Below, piece after piece: positions 52,429-61,545 of a stretch of DNA of 62,643 bases. Numbering within the stretch: the stretch's first letter is position 1; each line of letters starts with the position of its first letter. The stretch comes from a virus (lineage: Duplodnaviria; Caudoviricetes). Under the pieces are notes generated by a model that had not been told where the DNA came from, ran no database searches, and was given only the letters and a program-made list of their open reading frames with translations. Made by a program: the position numbers and the translations under genes. The stretch lies in IMG/VR virus record IMGVR_UViG_3300044691_000243, positions 1 through 62,643 of that record; one strand, given 5' to 3'.

Positions 52429-55178
52429 GTTTTTGCCAAGGCCTTTACGGAGGTTGCGATCTGCACGTTCGAGATCGGCACGCGGGCCTCAAACTCAAAC
52501 TGCCATGTCTCATACTTGAACCCGGAGAGAATGCGAAGAAGCTCCTGTGGTGAACGTATCTCGCGCACGGTAACCAGGTTCATAGAGTTCGACATCTGGT
52601 CGCCATACCCAGCGAACACGCGCACGAAGCCGTAGCGGTCCGCAGGGAGGCTATTCCAGAACGGATCGGTCGTCGGGTTCTCCGCACGCTTCGCGTTCAG
52701 CGCGGGAGTACCAGGCGGGATCGTGAACCAGATACGCATCACCTCGAAGTTCTTCTTGGCCTTCTGCTGGAACAGCTTCGAGCGCCACTTGTATGTCTGC
52801 ATGACCGAGGCCGGGTCCGTGAAGTCGTAATAGTAGACCGCGTTGTTCTGGATCACGAGGCAGACACTGGACCACGGGTCCAGCCTCACGTTGTCGACAT
52901 TGAAGCCGTTCGGGGCGCTCAGCTGGTTGAAGCCGAGGCGATGCCCACCCGGCTGCGGCCAGATCGAGAACGACTGGCTGTCGGCCGCGTTCAGCTCGAT
53001 GGTGAACCCCCGCTGCGCGACGCTGGTATCGCCGTTGCGGATGCATCCTAGTGCGAAGTAACTGGAGACAAGAAACACACACCGCAGGTTTTTCTGTGGG
53101 GTGAGCTGCTGCCACTTCTCTCGCGTGATCCACAGCTCCGATGTGTTGGTGACCGCGCCGTACTGCGTCACCAAAACTAGCCCGTTAGGGCTGGCGTAGT
53201 AGACGCCGTCGTTGTTGCCCCAGATCGACCCACGCGAGTGGCACGGCTCGCTGGTCTGGACTTTGGTCGCGCTCATCGTGCCCGGAGCTGTGCCAGTCGC
53301 AATGTGCGGGGCGCCGCTCGTGCACGCGACAACGCTGTTGCCCGTGATGCCGAGACCAACAATTGGGTACTCCGTCGTGATGACGTACGAGGGTGGCCAC
53401 GCGTGAGGCCGGTACGGCTCGCAGAACCAAATCTCGTTCGCGCGCCAGCCCACCGCCATGCCGTTGGGCATAGATATAATCCCCTGCAGGTCCTCCGGGG
53501 GAGGGAACCATAGTTGCGACTGGAGCTGCGGGTTGATGACTACCGCGGTGTCGTCGAGCACGTCACTGTAAGTCGCAGTGTGCACATCAAGATCAGTAGG
53601 CTGAACCTGGAAATACGTAGTCGGCCCAGTCTGCGACGTGAGTGACCGGTATAGCCTTATCTTCGTGATGTTGCGCGTGATACCGAGCTGATCTGGCGGC
53701 GGCTGGAACAGCGAGATAGTCCAGGTGCCGTTGCTCCAGCCGGTCACAACAGTCGCCGGGGAAGGGGGGCTCTCTTCGCCATAGGCCGTGATGTACGTGT
53801 AGACGTAGGAGCGAGCCTCCTGTACGGCAGAAGACGTCAGATCGCCCCACAACTGCAGATCGGGGAAGCCCACCTGGAGATTGTTTATCGCCGGCGGCGG
53901 ACCGTTCGAATATGTGTTCAAGGAGACCACGCCGGCGGAGCCGGTCGTATCGGCTTCCTGGATGTTGATCGCCGTGTCGATCATGATGCCGATCCAATAC
54001 TGGACGTTCATCAATAGACCGGTCGGGTTCACGAACGCACTGGAAGCGTTCACGCCCGCAGTCACCCCCGCAACGGGGGCTCCAGCGTTAAGCAGCTGAT
54101 GCGGAGAGCCGTTCAGATCGTTGTAAAGCACCGCCGCGAAGTTCGCGTTCGCGGTAGACTGAGGGAGGAACGTGACGTCGTTCAGGATCATGGCTCCCGC
54201 AGGGGTAACCGGGATCAGATAGATTATATTCGCGCCTGGGTTACCGGTAGCCGAGGTGGACGCGGTGGGAAACCCAAGGGTAACGGCGGACCCGCCACCC
54301 GTGACGGCGACACCCGGCGAGCACCCGGGGGCGGGCACACCGAGGAGCCACGCTGGTTGGGCGGCCTGGATGCGGGCTCGGGTGTTATACTGCGGAGCCA
54401 GACTTGGGCTGGCAAAGTAGAAGCGGTCAAAAGTGTCGTTGACCACTGGAGACCGCATGACATCAGTGTCTGGGTCAGCGAACTCCAGCCAGACAGAAGC
54501 TCCAGTGATGGAGGCATCGAAGGCCAGATTGGTGCCACCTTGGAACGAGCTGGTCGGGGCGCCGTTGTAGCGCCACACGATGCGGGTGCCACCCGTGTTG
54601 TCAGCGACAAGTGTCGTATTAAAGGCAGCTCCGCTGGAGGGAGCGAAGGCCTCGATACGTGGAATATCGGTCGCAAGGATATTCGTCGTGATCGGAGACG
54701 TTTGGTCAATCGCCGGATTAGCGACGGTGCCGACGCCGTAATTGGTTCCTGCATTGGTGCTCTTTCCGTTGTCTGCTGTGAAAGCCTGAAAGAGATTTGT
54801 TACCGCCACGGTAACAGATGCGCCAATCAACACATCGTAAGCGGCGGCGATCACTGTCCGAAACGTGTATACTTCTTCACCCAACGTGATCTGGTCGCCG
54901 TCGAGCGGGATTGATAGCAGGTACGCCGTCGCGTTCGCGATGTTCTGCGTGGTGAGCGGCAGGCGATAGGCGAACTTAGAGGTGTTGCTCTTCAGGTTGA
55001 AGAGCAGCTTCGGGGTGCGCCATCCTGCCAGCCCGCCGCTAAACAGATACCCGTTCAGAGATGACGCAGATTGACCTTGAGGGATGAGGTGGTCATCCCA
55101 TGCCGGCAACATCCCGCCAAACTGCTCCAGCTTGAAGCTGTCTGAAGCTCCCGGGTCCTCTGGTCGTGCTGCAGCCAT
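52425..55178 (-). CDS. Tail tubular/nozzle (stabilisation) protein with inserted domains
   Basis: FGGMLP, RSYVYTY...GEESPPS, W.PPP.DL.G...MPNG, FCEPY.PHAWP, YKWRSK motifs. Confidence 0.8.
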   Translation of the reverse strand: MAAARPEDPGASDSFKLEQFGGMLPAWDDHLIPQGQSASSLNGYLFSGGLAGWRTPKLLFNLKSNTSKFAYRLPLTTQNIANATAYLLSIPLDGDQITLGEEVYTFRTVIAAAYDVLIGASVTVAVTNLFQAFTADNGKSTNAGTNYGVGTVANPAIDQTSPITTNILATDIPRIEAFAPSSGAAFNTTLVADNTGGTRIVWRYNGAPTSSFQGGTNLAFDASITGASVWLEFADPDTDVMRSPVVNDTFDRFYFASPSLAPQYNTRARIQAAQPAWLLGVPAPGCSPGVAVTGGGSAVTLGFPTASTSATGNPGANIIYLIPVTPAGAMILNDVTFLPQSTANANFAAVLYNDLNGSPHQLLNAGAPVAGVTAGVNASSAFVNPTGLLMNVQYWIGIMIDTAINIQEADTTGSAGVVSLNTYSNGPPPAINNLQVGFPDLQLWGDLTSSAVQEARSYVYTYITAYGEESPPSPATVVTGWSNGTWTISLFQPPPDQLGITRNITKIRLYRSLTSQTGPTTYFQVQPTDLDVHTATYSDVLDDTAVVINPQLQSQLWFPPPEDLQGIISMPNGMAVGWRANEIWFCEPYRPHAWPPSYVITTEYPIVGLGITGNSVVACTSGAPHIATGTAPGTMSATKVQTSEPCHSRGSIWGNNDGVYYASPNGLVLVTQYGAVTNTSELWITREKWQQLTPQKNLRCVFLVSSYFALGCIRNGDTSVAQRGFTIELNAADSQSFSIWPQPGGHRLGFNQLSAPNGFNVDNVRLDPWSSVCLVIQNNAVYYYDFTDPASVMQTYKWRSKLFQQKAKKNFEVMRIWFTIPPGTPALNAKRAENPTTDPFWNSLPADRYGFVRVFAGYGDQMSNSMNLVTVREIRSPQELLRILSGFKYETWQFEFEARVPISNVQIATSVKALAKT

Positions 55179-55185
55179 CTATTCC

Positions 55186-55740
55186 TCATGCGTCTTTTCC
55201 GAACGCTCCAAGTTTCCCACTAACAGGGTCCGGAACCATATCTCCAGGCCGGTAAACAGGAACTGAACTGCCTTCAGCCGGGTCACGGGCCGGGACCGGC
55301 CGCGAAGCCTGTTGGGCCTCCGCCTTCTGCTGGGCTTTCCGTCCCGCTTCGAGTTCTTCTTCAAGCGCCGACATTTGGCGCTCGGTGCGCGGCGGCGGAA
55401 CATATTCCTTCGGCTTGCTGCGTTCGGCATGCTGCCGCAGGCCCTCCAAGAGGGCCTCTCTACCTTGCGCGGCGAGCCCTATAACCGAGACCGGCTCTGC
55501 CTCTGTGCCCTGCGCGTTCTGAAGCTCGATCAGCTTGCGCGCCCTAACGGCGTTTTCTTCCTCCGCCGCTGCTAACTGCTTCGACGTTCCCGTCAGCGTG
55601 ATCGGTTCCGCTGATGCTTCCGGGCTCTTGTCCTGAACTGCTTCCATTGTCTTCTCCTGAGCTGGCGCTGGGGTTGGCGCCGTGATCTGCACGTTCGTGG
55701 TGTCCGCGCGAAATGCGCGGTGTCTGTTCTTGCTTGACAT
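55186..55740 (-). CDS. Hypothetical protein
   Basis: 184 aa charged/helical. Confidence 0.65.
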   Translation of the reverse strand: MSSKNRHRAFRADTTNVQITAPTPAPAQEKTMEAVQDKSPEASAEPITLTGTSKQLAAAEEENAVRARKLIELQNAQGTEAEPVSVIGLAAQGREALLEGLRQHAERSKPKEYVPPPRTERQMSALEEELEAGRKAQQKAEAQQASRPVPARDPAEGSSVPVYRPGDMVPDPVSGKLGAFGKDA

Positions 55741-55745
55741 GGCGC

Positions 55746-55931
55746 TTACCGGCCACGGTTGTGATTGATCTTGGCAGCGGTCTTGACGAGGTTCGCCTGC
55801 TTCGCCGTCTTGCCAGAATGCGGCTTCGCGGCGTAAGCCTCTGTGCTCATGCCGGCCTTCTTGGCCTTCGCCTTAAACTGACCGTGCGAATTGGCGAACG
55901 CTTTTTCCATCCAGTGCGGATCGTTGGCCAT
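55746..55931 (-). CDS. Small basic protein (possible internal DNA-binding)
   Basis: Lys/Ala-rich, HWMEKA...HG.F.AKAK.AGMS. Confidence 0.65.
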   Translation of the reverse strand: MANDPHWMEKAFANSHGQFKAKAKKAGMSTEAYAAKPHSGKTAKQANLVKTAAKINHNRGR

Positions 55932-56161
55932 CAGAGCGTATCCTCCTCAGTCTTAGCACACGAGAATTTGACAGTAACGCGACCTTCGTTCGACGCTATG
56001 AACTCGTCAATACCGTGTTTCGCCTGCGCCCCTTCGGCGGTGTCGAAGTAGTTCATGCAGGCCGCTTCAGTTGGGAACATCGTTTTATTCCGCATGCGAC
56101 CAATTTCATCGGTTGGTTGTCCGTTGACGACAGCGAAAAGGATAGCGATCAACTTGAACAT
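55931..56161 (-). CDS. Small secreted protein
   Basis: MFKLIAILFAVV start after GGAG; F.TEAAC...C motif. Confidence 0.55.
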   Translation of the reverse strand: MFKLIAILFAVVNGQPTDEIGRMRNKTMFPTEAACMNYFDTAEGAQAKHGIDEFIASNEGRVTVKFSCAKTEEDTL

Positions 56162-56162
56162 T

Positions 56163-56606
56163 TTACTCTCCGGCTTTGTTACGGTTGAAGTACATGTGGC
56201 CGACGCTTGCCACGGTTCCGGCCCCGAAAATGCCGGCAAGGATAACGCCAGCCCATGTGCCAACGATGCCAGTAATCTCTGGGGTGAACCCGTACACGCC
56301 GTACAACCACTTACAGACGATGTTGTCCCAGATGACGACCTTCCACTCGTAGACGATCCACGGAGCGGCAAAGCCACCGACAAGCCACATCAGAAACTTG
56401 CTCTGCGATACCGTGCTGAGGAACGCGACACGAACTTGTCCCTCGGCAACGATACCGGTCACCAGTTGCTTCGCCACGTTGACGTCTCCGCCAATACGGG
56501 CAGTCGTGAGCTGAACTTTCGCGTTGTAATAGGCGTTCGTGAAGTTGTTGATCCCGCCCATGATAGCCGGGACAGCCTGAAAGAACGCAAGGATCGCCGT
56601 GATCAT
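56163..56606 (-). CDS. Membrane protein, holin-like
   Basis: Multiple hydrophobic segments; in cluster with lysin. Confidence 0.55.
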   Translation of the reverse strand: MITAILAFFQAVPAIMGGINNFTNAYYNAKVQLTTARIGGDVNVAKQLVTGIVAEGQVRVAFLSTVSQSKFLMWLVGGFAAPWIVYEWKVVIWDNIVCKWLYGVYGFTPEITGIVGTWAGVILAGIFGAGTVASVGHMYFNRNKAGE

Positions 56607-56848
56607 TTGATCGACCCGTCCTCGTGATACTCAGCGTTTCGGCGCCGAAGAAACTCAGAGACCAGCGCGTTCGCGAATATATAGAACTGCAGGAGCCGGT
56701 GATCGCTGATGATCGCCGAAAGGTCGACCTGCTGGAGGGCCGTGTAGACGGCCAGCAGGACATACTGGGCGCGCGCCCATAGGATCACTTCGCTGGAGTG
56801 AAACGTCGAGTGGATGTACGCGTATTCCTGTTTGATCCACGCAATCAC
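56603..56848 (-). CDS. Small membrane protein (lysis cassette)
   Basis: S..ILWAR...EFLRRR pattern; two hydrophobic stretches. Confidence 0.55.
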   Translation of the reverse strand: MIAWIKQEYAYIHSTFHSSEVILWARAQYVLLAVYTALQQVDLSAIISDHRLLQFYIFANALVSEFLRRRNAEYHEDGSIK

Positions 56849-57492
56849 TTGGACACCCTGGTGTGGATGGCGAAGCCGACGATCGCTGCGACAGCCACTA
56901 CTATGACAACAATCGCGACGGTCGTATGGTTGGCGCCTGCAGCATGAGCTGCCGCGCCGGCGGCCCCGGCCGAAGTGACGACGGCTGCCGTCTTCTTGTG
57001 GACCGGATGGACAGCGGGAGCGGGAGCAGGAGCAGCAGGGGTTGCGGTAATGGCAAACCCACCAAACACGCGCTTCTGCGCCTCGATCCAGTCAGCATCG
57101 GGGGCTGGATACGTCTTGCCAGCTTCGTGCCCGGCCTGCGCCTTGAGGAAACCGATCGCCAGCGGACCGCGCCAGAACGCGTCGTTCATGACCGTATCGC
57201 GGGTCATCCCAGGTACGCGCTGTAGAACATAGGCAATATAACTCTCGACGTGATTGTGGCCAGACCAGATCGCGATGGCGTCGGCGAAGCGCTTGTTACG
57301 GTAATTCGGCGAGGTGCGCCAGAGATCGAGCTGCGCGCAGATACCCTGCACATAGGTCGGGAATACCGCGATGTTGTTGCCTTGTCCCAAGCCATCGTGG
57401 AGCGTAACGGTGTCCGTGGAGCCCCACTTCTTGGCGAGTGCGTTGCCCCACATAGCGCCTGGGTTCTTGAAGCGGATCGATGCTGGCTCCAT
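56845..57492 (-). CDS. Lysozyme-like endolysin with C-terminal TM helix
   Basis: SIRFKNPGAM (R.NNPG-like), AVFPT..G, AIAIWS..N...Y; PA linker; C-terminal hydrophobic helix. Confidence 0.65.
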   Translation of the reverse strand: MEPASIRFKNPGAMWGNALAKKWGSTDTVTLHDGLGQGNNIAVFPTYVQGICAQLDLWRTSPNYRNKRFADAIAIWSGHNHVESYIAYVLQRVPGMTRDTVMNDAFWRGPLAIGFLKAQAGHEAGKTYPAPDADWIEAQKRVFGGFAITATPAAPAPAPAVHPVHKKTAAVVTSAGAAGAAAHAAGANHTTVAIVVIVVAVAAIVGFAIHTRVSK

Positions 57493-57506
57493 CGGAGCCT
57501 CCTTGG

Positions 57507-57767
57507 TTATGCGGCCGGTGCGGCGGGGGCAGGGGGCGGATTTACCGCCACGGTAACAGGAGCCGGGACGATCTTACCAATCAGCTCGGCCTCGTATGCC
57601 TTGACCTTGGCAAGCACGCCGGCCTCTACGGCTTTGAGGTTGGCGCGGGTGTGCGCCGGAACGCCGGCGAAAAAGTCCTTGATCTTCTGACTGAAGACGA
57701 GCGTGGCGACGAACACGGCGACATAGCCAGCGAGCGTCAAATCGACGTAGGCGAGGAGGCTGGACAT
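57507..57767 (-). CDS. Small membrane protein
   Basis: N-terminal TM segment. Confidence 0.6.
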   Translation of the reverse strand: MSSLLAYVDLTLAGYVAVFVATLVFSQKIKDFFAGVPAHTRANLKAVEAGVLAKVKAYEAELIGKIVPAPVTVAVNPPPAPAAPAA

Positions 57768-57780
57768 TGGGGTCTCCGAA

Positions 57781-58080
57781 TTAGGGGGCAGTGATCCGGA
57801 ACGATATAGTATCGTTCTTGATCTCCGATCGGCTGTCTACTGCTTGAACGTCAATAGTGAACACTTCGTTAGCAGAGCCGCCGGCGACCGTGAATATGAG
57901 GCGGGTGTTCGACCCCACCGTGGGCGCTCCGATCACGATATCTGTTGGCTGCGGGTTGTTCTTCGGGTCGAGAATGACGGTCCCGCTTGTCAGGCTGGTA
58001 CCTTCTTCCAACCAGTTCGAGTAGTCGAGCTCATAGCGAATTTTGTCGCCGGCGCTTTGAGTTTTCTGTGCGATCAACAT
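57781..58080 (-). CDS. Tail fibre adaptor-like protein
   Basis: K.Q..GDKIRY.LDYS.WL motif; paralogous to N-terminus of 58092..59468. Confidence 0.65.
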   Translation of the reverse strand: MLIAQKTQSAGDKIRYELDYSNWLEEGTSLTSGTVILDPKNNPQPTDIVIGAPTVGSNTRLIFTVAGGSANEVFTIDVQAVDSRSEIKNDTISFRITAP

Positions 58081-58091
58081 CGTAGCCTCCT

Positions 58092-59468
58092 TTATGCGCT
58101 GCAGTATTCCGTGGCGAACACGAGGCCAGAGCCACCGTTGCCGCCAGCAGCGCTCACAGCGCCGGCTGTAGTTCCACCAGAGCCACCGCCGCCAGTGTTG
58201 GCTGAGGCGTTGTTACCGGCGATGGCAGCGCCGCCAGAGAAAATGGCGGCGGTCGCACCGGGGCCAAGATGGCTCATCCCACCGAATGACGTTGAAGTAA
58301 ATACACCACCCGAAGAATTATATTCACCAGAACCTCCGGGATTGCCGGCGATGGTCAGGGTACCTGTGCCAGCTACACCGCCAGCGCCGCCATTTCCAAC
58401 CTGGGCGGCCGATCCAAAAAGGCCTCCCGAGCCGCCCTTACCGATACATAGCGTCCCCACGCTGGTGTCAGAACCGGCAGAACCGTTGTTCGCTCCGGCC
58501 GCACCGCCGGCTCCGCCACCGCCTATTGTGACGGCCTGCGACGCACCGATAGTGGCTTTGCTCGCGATGAGGCGTGAGTAGCTACCTGAACCGCCACCAC
58601 CGCCGGCATAGTTCTGGGACGCGGTACCTGATGAACCGCCGCCCCCACCGCCACCTCCCACGGCCTCAATGATGCAATAGAGCAGGTTGGCATTGGGGGT
58701 GTAGGTACCGTTTGCCGTGAATGTCTGGGTCCGAATTACTAGTGTTGCGCCGGACCCTGTTGCGCCCGTAACGCCCGCTGTGCCTGTGTTGCCAGTCGGC
58801 CCAGTTACACCTTGGATGCCCTGCGCCCCGGTGGGTCCAGTCACACCCTGTATGCCCTGGGCTCCCGTGGGGCCTGTGGGTCCAGTTACGCCTTGGATGC
58901 CCTGAGCTCCCGTGGGTCCAGTTACGCCTTGGATACCCTGGGCTCCCGTGGGGCCTGTGGCGCCAGTCGCACCAGCTCCTCCCGCAGTGCCTTGCGCTCC
59001 AGTAGGCCCTCCGGCCCCGGTAGGACCAGTCGCGCCAGCGCCAGTCGCGCCAAAACCTGTTGGACCTGTTGCTCCCGTGACCCCTGTAGTTCCACTAGCT
59101 CCTCCTGGACCCGTGGGCCCGGGAGGGCCAACTATAGAAATCATCAAACCTTGGTTGCCAGTATTTGTAGCTGATCCCCCGTTGGTAACTATCGTAAAAT
59201 TAACGTGATCATATCGAATTTCTCCACGCGAAGTAGACTGCACGAAGATCGCGTTGAACACCGCGTTCAGCGCGCCGTTGCTGATGAAGTAGTAGAACCC
59301 GCGCCTGGTGTAATCAATCAAGATGCCGTCGCACACCGCGGAGCCGCTATCGATCGTCGCGGTCACCCCGGTGAGGACTTCCCCATCCCCAAGCCAGCTG
59401 TCGCAGTCCACATGGTAACGGATGCGATCTCCAACCTGCTGAATTTTAGTTCCAATCAATGGCATCAT
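58092..59468 (-). CDS. Tail fibre: adaptor domain + collagen repeat + glycine-rich C-terminal domain
   Basis: [12 protein letters not shown] repeats; [10 protein letters not shown]...VGGGGGGGG glycine-rich domain. Confidence 0.82.
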   Translation of the reverse strand: MMPLIGTKIQQVGDRIRYHVDCDSWLGDGEVLTGVTATIDSGSAVCDGILIDYTRRGFYYFISNGALNAVFNAIFVQSTSRGEIRYDHVNFTIVTNGGSATNTGNQGLMISIVGPPGPTGPGGASGTTGVTGATGPTGFGATGAGATGPTGAGGPTGAQGTAGGAGATGATGPTGAQGIQGVTGPTGAQGIQGVTGPTGPTGAQGIQGVTGPTGAQGIQGVTGPTGNTGTAGVTGATGSGATLVIRTQTFTANGTYTPNANLLYCIIEAVGGGGGGGGSSGTASQNYAGGGGGSGSYSRLIASKATIGASQAVTIGGGGAGGAAGANNGSAGSDTSVGTLCIGKGGSGGLFGSAAQVGNGGAGGVAGTGTLTIAGNPGGSGEYNSSGGVFTSTSFGGMSHLGPGATAAIFSGGAAIAGNNASANTGGGGSGGTTAGAVSAAGGNGGSGLVFATEYCSA

Positions 59469-59728
59469 AAAATCCTTGGTGGTAGATCGATTACGCGAGA
59501 GTTCGGCGGCACAGAGACCACGCGAGAATTCGGCGGCACAGAGACCACGCGAGAATTCGGCGGCACAGAGACCACGCGAGAATTCGGCGGCACGGGTATC
59601 ACGTGCTCAACGTGGGATATTGACATCCGTCGTTCCTGCGCCGGGATAGTCACGACGCGAGCGGCGGCCGGGATCGTCACCGTGCGGCTTTGCGGCGGGA
59701 TCATTATGACGATCGCTGCGTTGCTCAT
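59465..59728 (-). CDS. Small protein of 9-residue (I/V)PP.SRVVS repeats
   Basis: 87 aa; GAGG RBS; ATGA coupling. Confidence 0.6.
   Translation of the reverse strand: MSNAAIVIMIPPQSRTVTIPAAARVVTIPAQERRMSISHVEHVIPVPPNSRVVSVPPNSRVVSVPPNSRVVSVPPNSRVIDLPPRIL
59493..59593. repeat. 27-bp tandem repeat, about 3.7 copies
   Basis: ACGCGAGAATTCGGCGGCACAGAGACC units at 59493, 59520, 59547, 59574. Confidence 0.9.
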
Positions 59729-59735
59729 GGGGTCC

Positions 59736-60332
59736 TCAACATATCAGTGCAGCGTGGCTCATCGGCGGGATCGTTATCGCTGAGCCATCCCACCCCGAAA
59801 AACCTGTTGGGACAGCCTGCTGAAATGAGGTGGCGCCAAAATTCACTGTCCACTTCTCCGTTGAAGCGTTTGAAACGACCGCTGGTAGATAGGTTCCTGC
59901 CGAAATCGAGATAGCCGCGCTGACTCCGCCTCCGGATGTGACGTTCTCGAACGTCACTGTGTTAGCGGTCAGATCAAGGCGAATGCCTAGCCAATCCCCC
60001 GTTGCAAACGCGCGGCCCGGTACAAGTTGGCCCGTCGAAGAGCCGCCCTTCCATATCGCGCGGCTGTCATACACGACGCAACCATTAGCGGCGCCCCCTC
60101 CACCGAGGCCGCTAATGGTTGCCGTCCCCGAAATTCCGATGCCAAAACAGCTGTCTGAACCACTAGCGAGGACGGTAAGCTGGGCTTCCATATACCACTT
60201 ACCGGACGATTTCGCGGCGCTACTTGTAGCGAAAGCGCCACCGTCGGCGCTGGGCGTAGTATACGAGTAGATCAGGTTGCCGCCTGACAGCGTCCCATTC
60301 AAAACTGTTGCTGGGTCGAGCGTAGACGCCAT
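59736..60332 (-). CDS. SPRY/ConA-like domain tail protein
   Basis: TLSGGNL, SGKWYME, GDWLGIRLDL, VNFGATSF...PTGF. Confidence 0.8.
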   Translation of the reverse strand: MASTLDPATVLNGTLSGGNLIYSYTTPSADGGAFATSSAAKSSGKWYMEAQLTVLASGSDSCFGIGISGTATISGLGGGGAANGCVVYDSRAIWKGGSSTGQLVPGRAFATGDWLGIRLDLTANTVTFENVTSGGGVSAAISISAGTYLPAVVSNASTEKWTVNFGATSFQQAVPTGFSGWDGSAITIPPMSHAALIC

Positions 60333-60334
60333 TT

Positions 60335-61171
60335 TTAGTTCCTAACCACCTTCAAGTCGACGGTCACTCGCTGGATCGTCGTAACCGAGTTCACGTTGAA
60401 GGCCAGGATATCCCCCGCGCTGATCGCAACAGTCCAGCCACTCAACGTGGCGTCTTGCGCCTTCAACGCAGACGAGATGGTCGGCGGGGTAGATGAGGTG
60501 ATCTTGTCCGCTACAGCAGGGTGCGTGGGAGGGGCAAAATTTGCGTAAGTACACTTGAAGATGTCGACCACCACCGAGCCAGTCTGGTCGGCAAGCGAAG
60601 TCACTTGCTGGATCGTACAGTTGAAGTCAACTTGCAGATAGCCCTTGATGCCCGTCGTGAGGACCGCGCCGCCGCCGTCGATGACGAACTGCAGGCCAGC
60701 GACTTGCGACGGGCCGGTGGCGCCGGTGTTTCCAGTCGGGCCCGTGACGCCAGTCGCGCCGGTCGGGCCACCAGACGGTCCGGTGACGCCCTGTGTGCCA
60801 GTTGGTCCCGTGGGGCCCGTTCCCAGTGGACCAGTAGGCCCAAGCGGTCCGCCAGAGCCCTGGACGCCGGTGGGTCCAGTCGCACTAAAACCGGTCGGGC
60901 CCGTGGGACCAGTACCGCTAAAGCCAGTTGCCCCCTGGTTACCCACAGGGCCCGTAAAGCCAGTCTGCCCACGAGGGCCCGTCATGCCAGAGGGGCCGGT
61001 CGCGCCGCCGCCCGTGGGGCCAGTCGCGCCAGTGAATGACGCCGAGGTAGGTCCGGTCGAGCCGGTGTTGCCGGTCGGGCCCGTGGGTCCGCCAGAAGGG
61101 CCCGTGGGGCCGCCGATCACAACAACCGGCTGAGCCATAATCGGGGCAGGAGAGATGATGTTGACGGTCAT
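60335..61171 (-). CDS. Collagen-like (GPTG) tail fibre protein
   Basis: About 130 aa of G-X-T repeats plus C-terminal beta domain (FVIDGGG...AGDIL). Confidence 0.82.
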   Translation of the reverse strand: MTVNIISPAPIMAQPVVVIGGPTGPSGGPTGPTGNTGSTGPTSASFTGATGPTGGGATGPSGMTGPRGQTGFTGPVGNQGATGFSGTGPTGPTGFSATGPTGVQGSGGPLGPTGPLGTGPTGPTGTQGVTGPSGGPTGATGVTGPTGNTGATGPSQVAGLQFVIDGGGAVLTTGIKGYLQVDFNCTIQQVTSLADQTGSVVVDIFKCTYANFAPPTHPAVADKITSSTPPTISSALKAQDATLSGWTVAISAGDILAFNVNSVTTIQRVTVDLKVVRN

Positions 61172-61173
61172 GA

Positions 61174-61545
61174 TTAGCTCTCCGTGACGCCTTGCTTGAC
61201 TTGCAGCTCGCCCTGCATCAGCTGCACGCGGAGCGGCGGTACCGAGCCGTCGTACATGACTAGATCGTAGACGTATTCAGCAACGGGAAGATTGGCCAGG
61301 AGGGTCGCCTCCGGGACGTTCATATGGAGGACGCGCTGCACGACATCGTCGACGACGATCGAGCCCGAGGCTGTGCTGGCGGTAAACAGCGCCGCGGCAT
61401 CATCGCGGCTGGCCTTCACTTCCAGCTTGAAGTTCTGCCCGGTGAAGCTCCAGGTCGTATCTCCGACCACGCCGAACTGAAACGCGTCCTGCCACGTCAC
61501 CGTGTTCGCGATCGTGATGTTCACCCATGCGGAAGTGAGGGCCAT
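61174..61545 (-). CDS. Virion structural protein (baseplate/fibre adaptor-like)
   Basis: NITI...TW...F, YVYDL...LMQG.L.V..GVT; start MALTSAW overlaps upstream stop. Confidence 0.65.
   Translation of the reverse strand: MALTSAWVNITIANTVTWQDAFQFGVVGDTTWSFTGQNFKLEVKASRDDAAALFTASTASGSIVVDDVVQRVLHMNVPEATLLANLPVAEYVYDLVMYDGSVPPLRVQLMQGELQVKQGVTES

Larger units (their letters stand above)
558..57556. repeat. Dispersed 15-bp palindrome TTACCG-N3-CGGTAA (16 perfect + 5 one-mismatch copies)
   Basis: Perfect: 558,14859,17252,19339,21647,24492,27014,28052,29881,31085,35750,38134,42203,45222,54800,57542; one mismatch: 4737,28464,32931,33545,48366. Confidence 0.95.

Noticed and set aside
558-57556. Palindrome as a by-product of protein motifs, a lambda-type operator or a REP/IS end
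   Set aside because: Occurs in different frames, strands and intergenic DNA; arm spacing differs from lambda operators; flanks are not shared and no transposase is present
59493-59593. Possible CRISPR array
   Set aside because: Units are contiguous 27-bp tandem repeats without spacers, in frame within a CDS
58092-61171. Diversity-generating retroelement acting on tail fibres
   Set aside because: No reverse transcriptase and no adenine-variant TR/VR pair noticed
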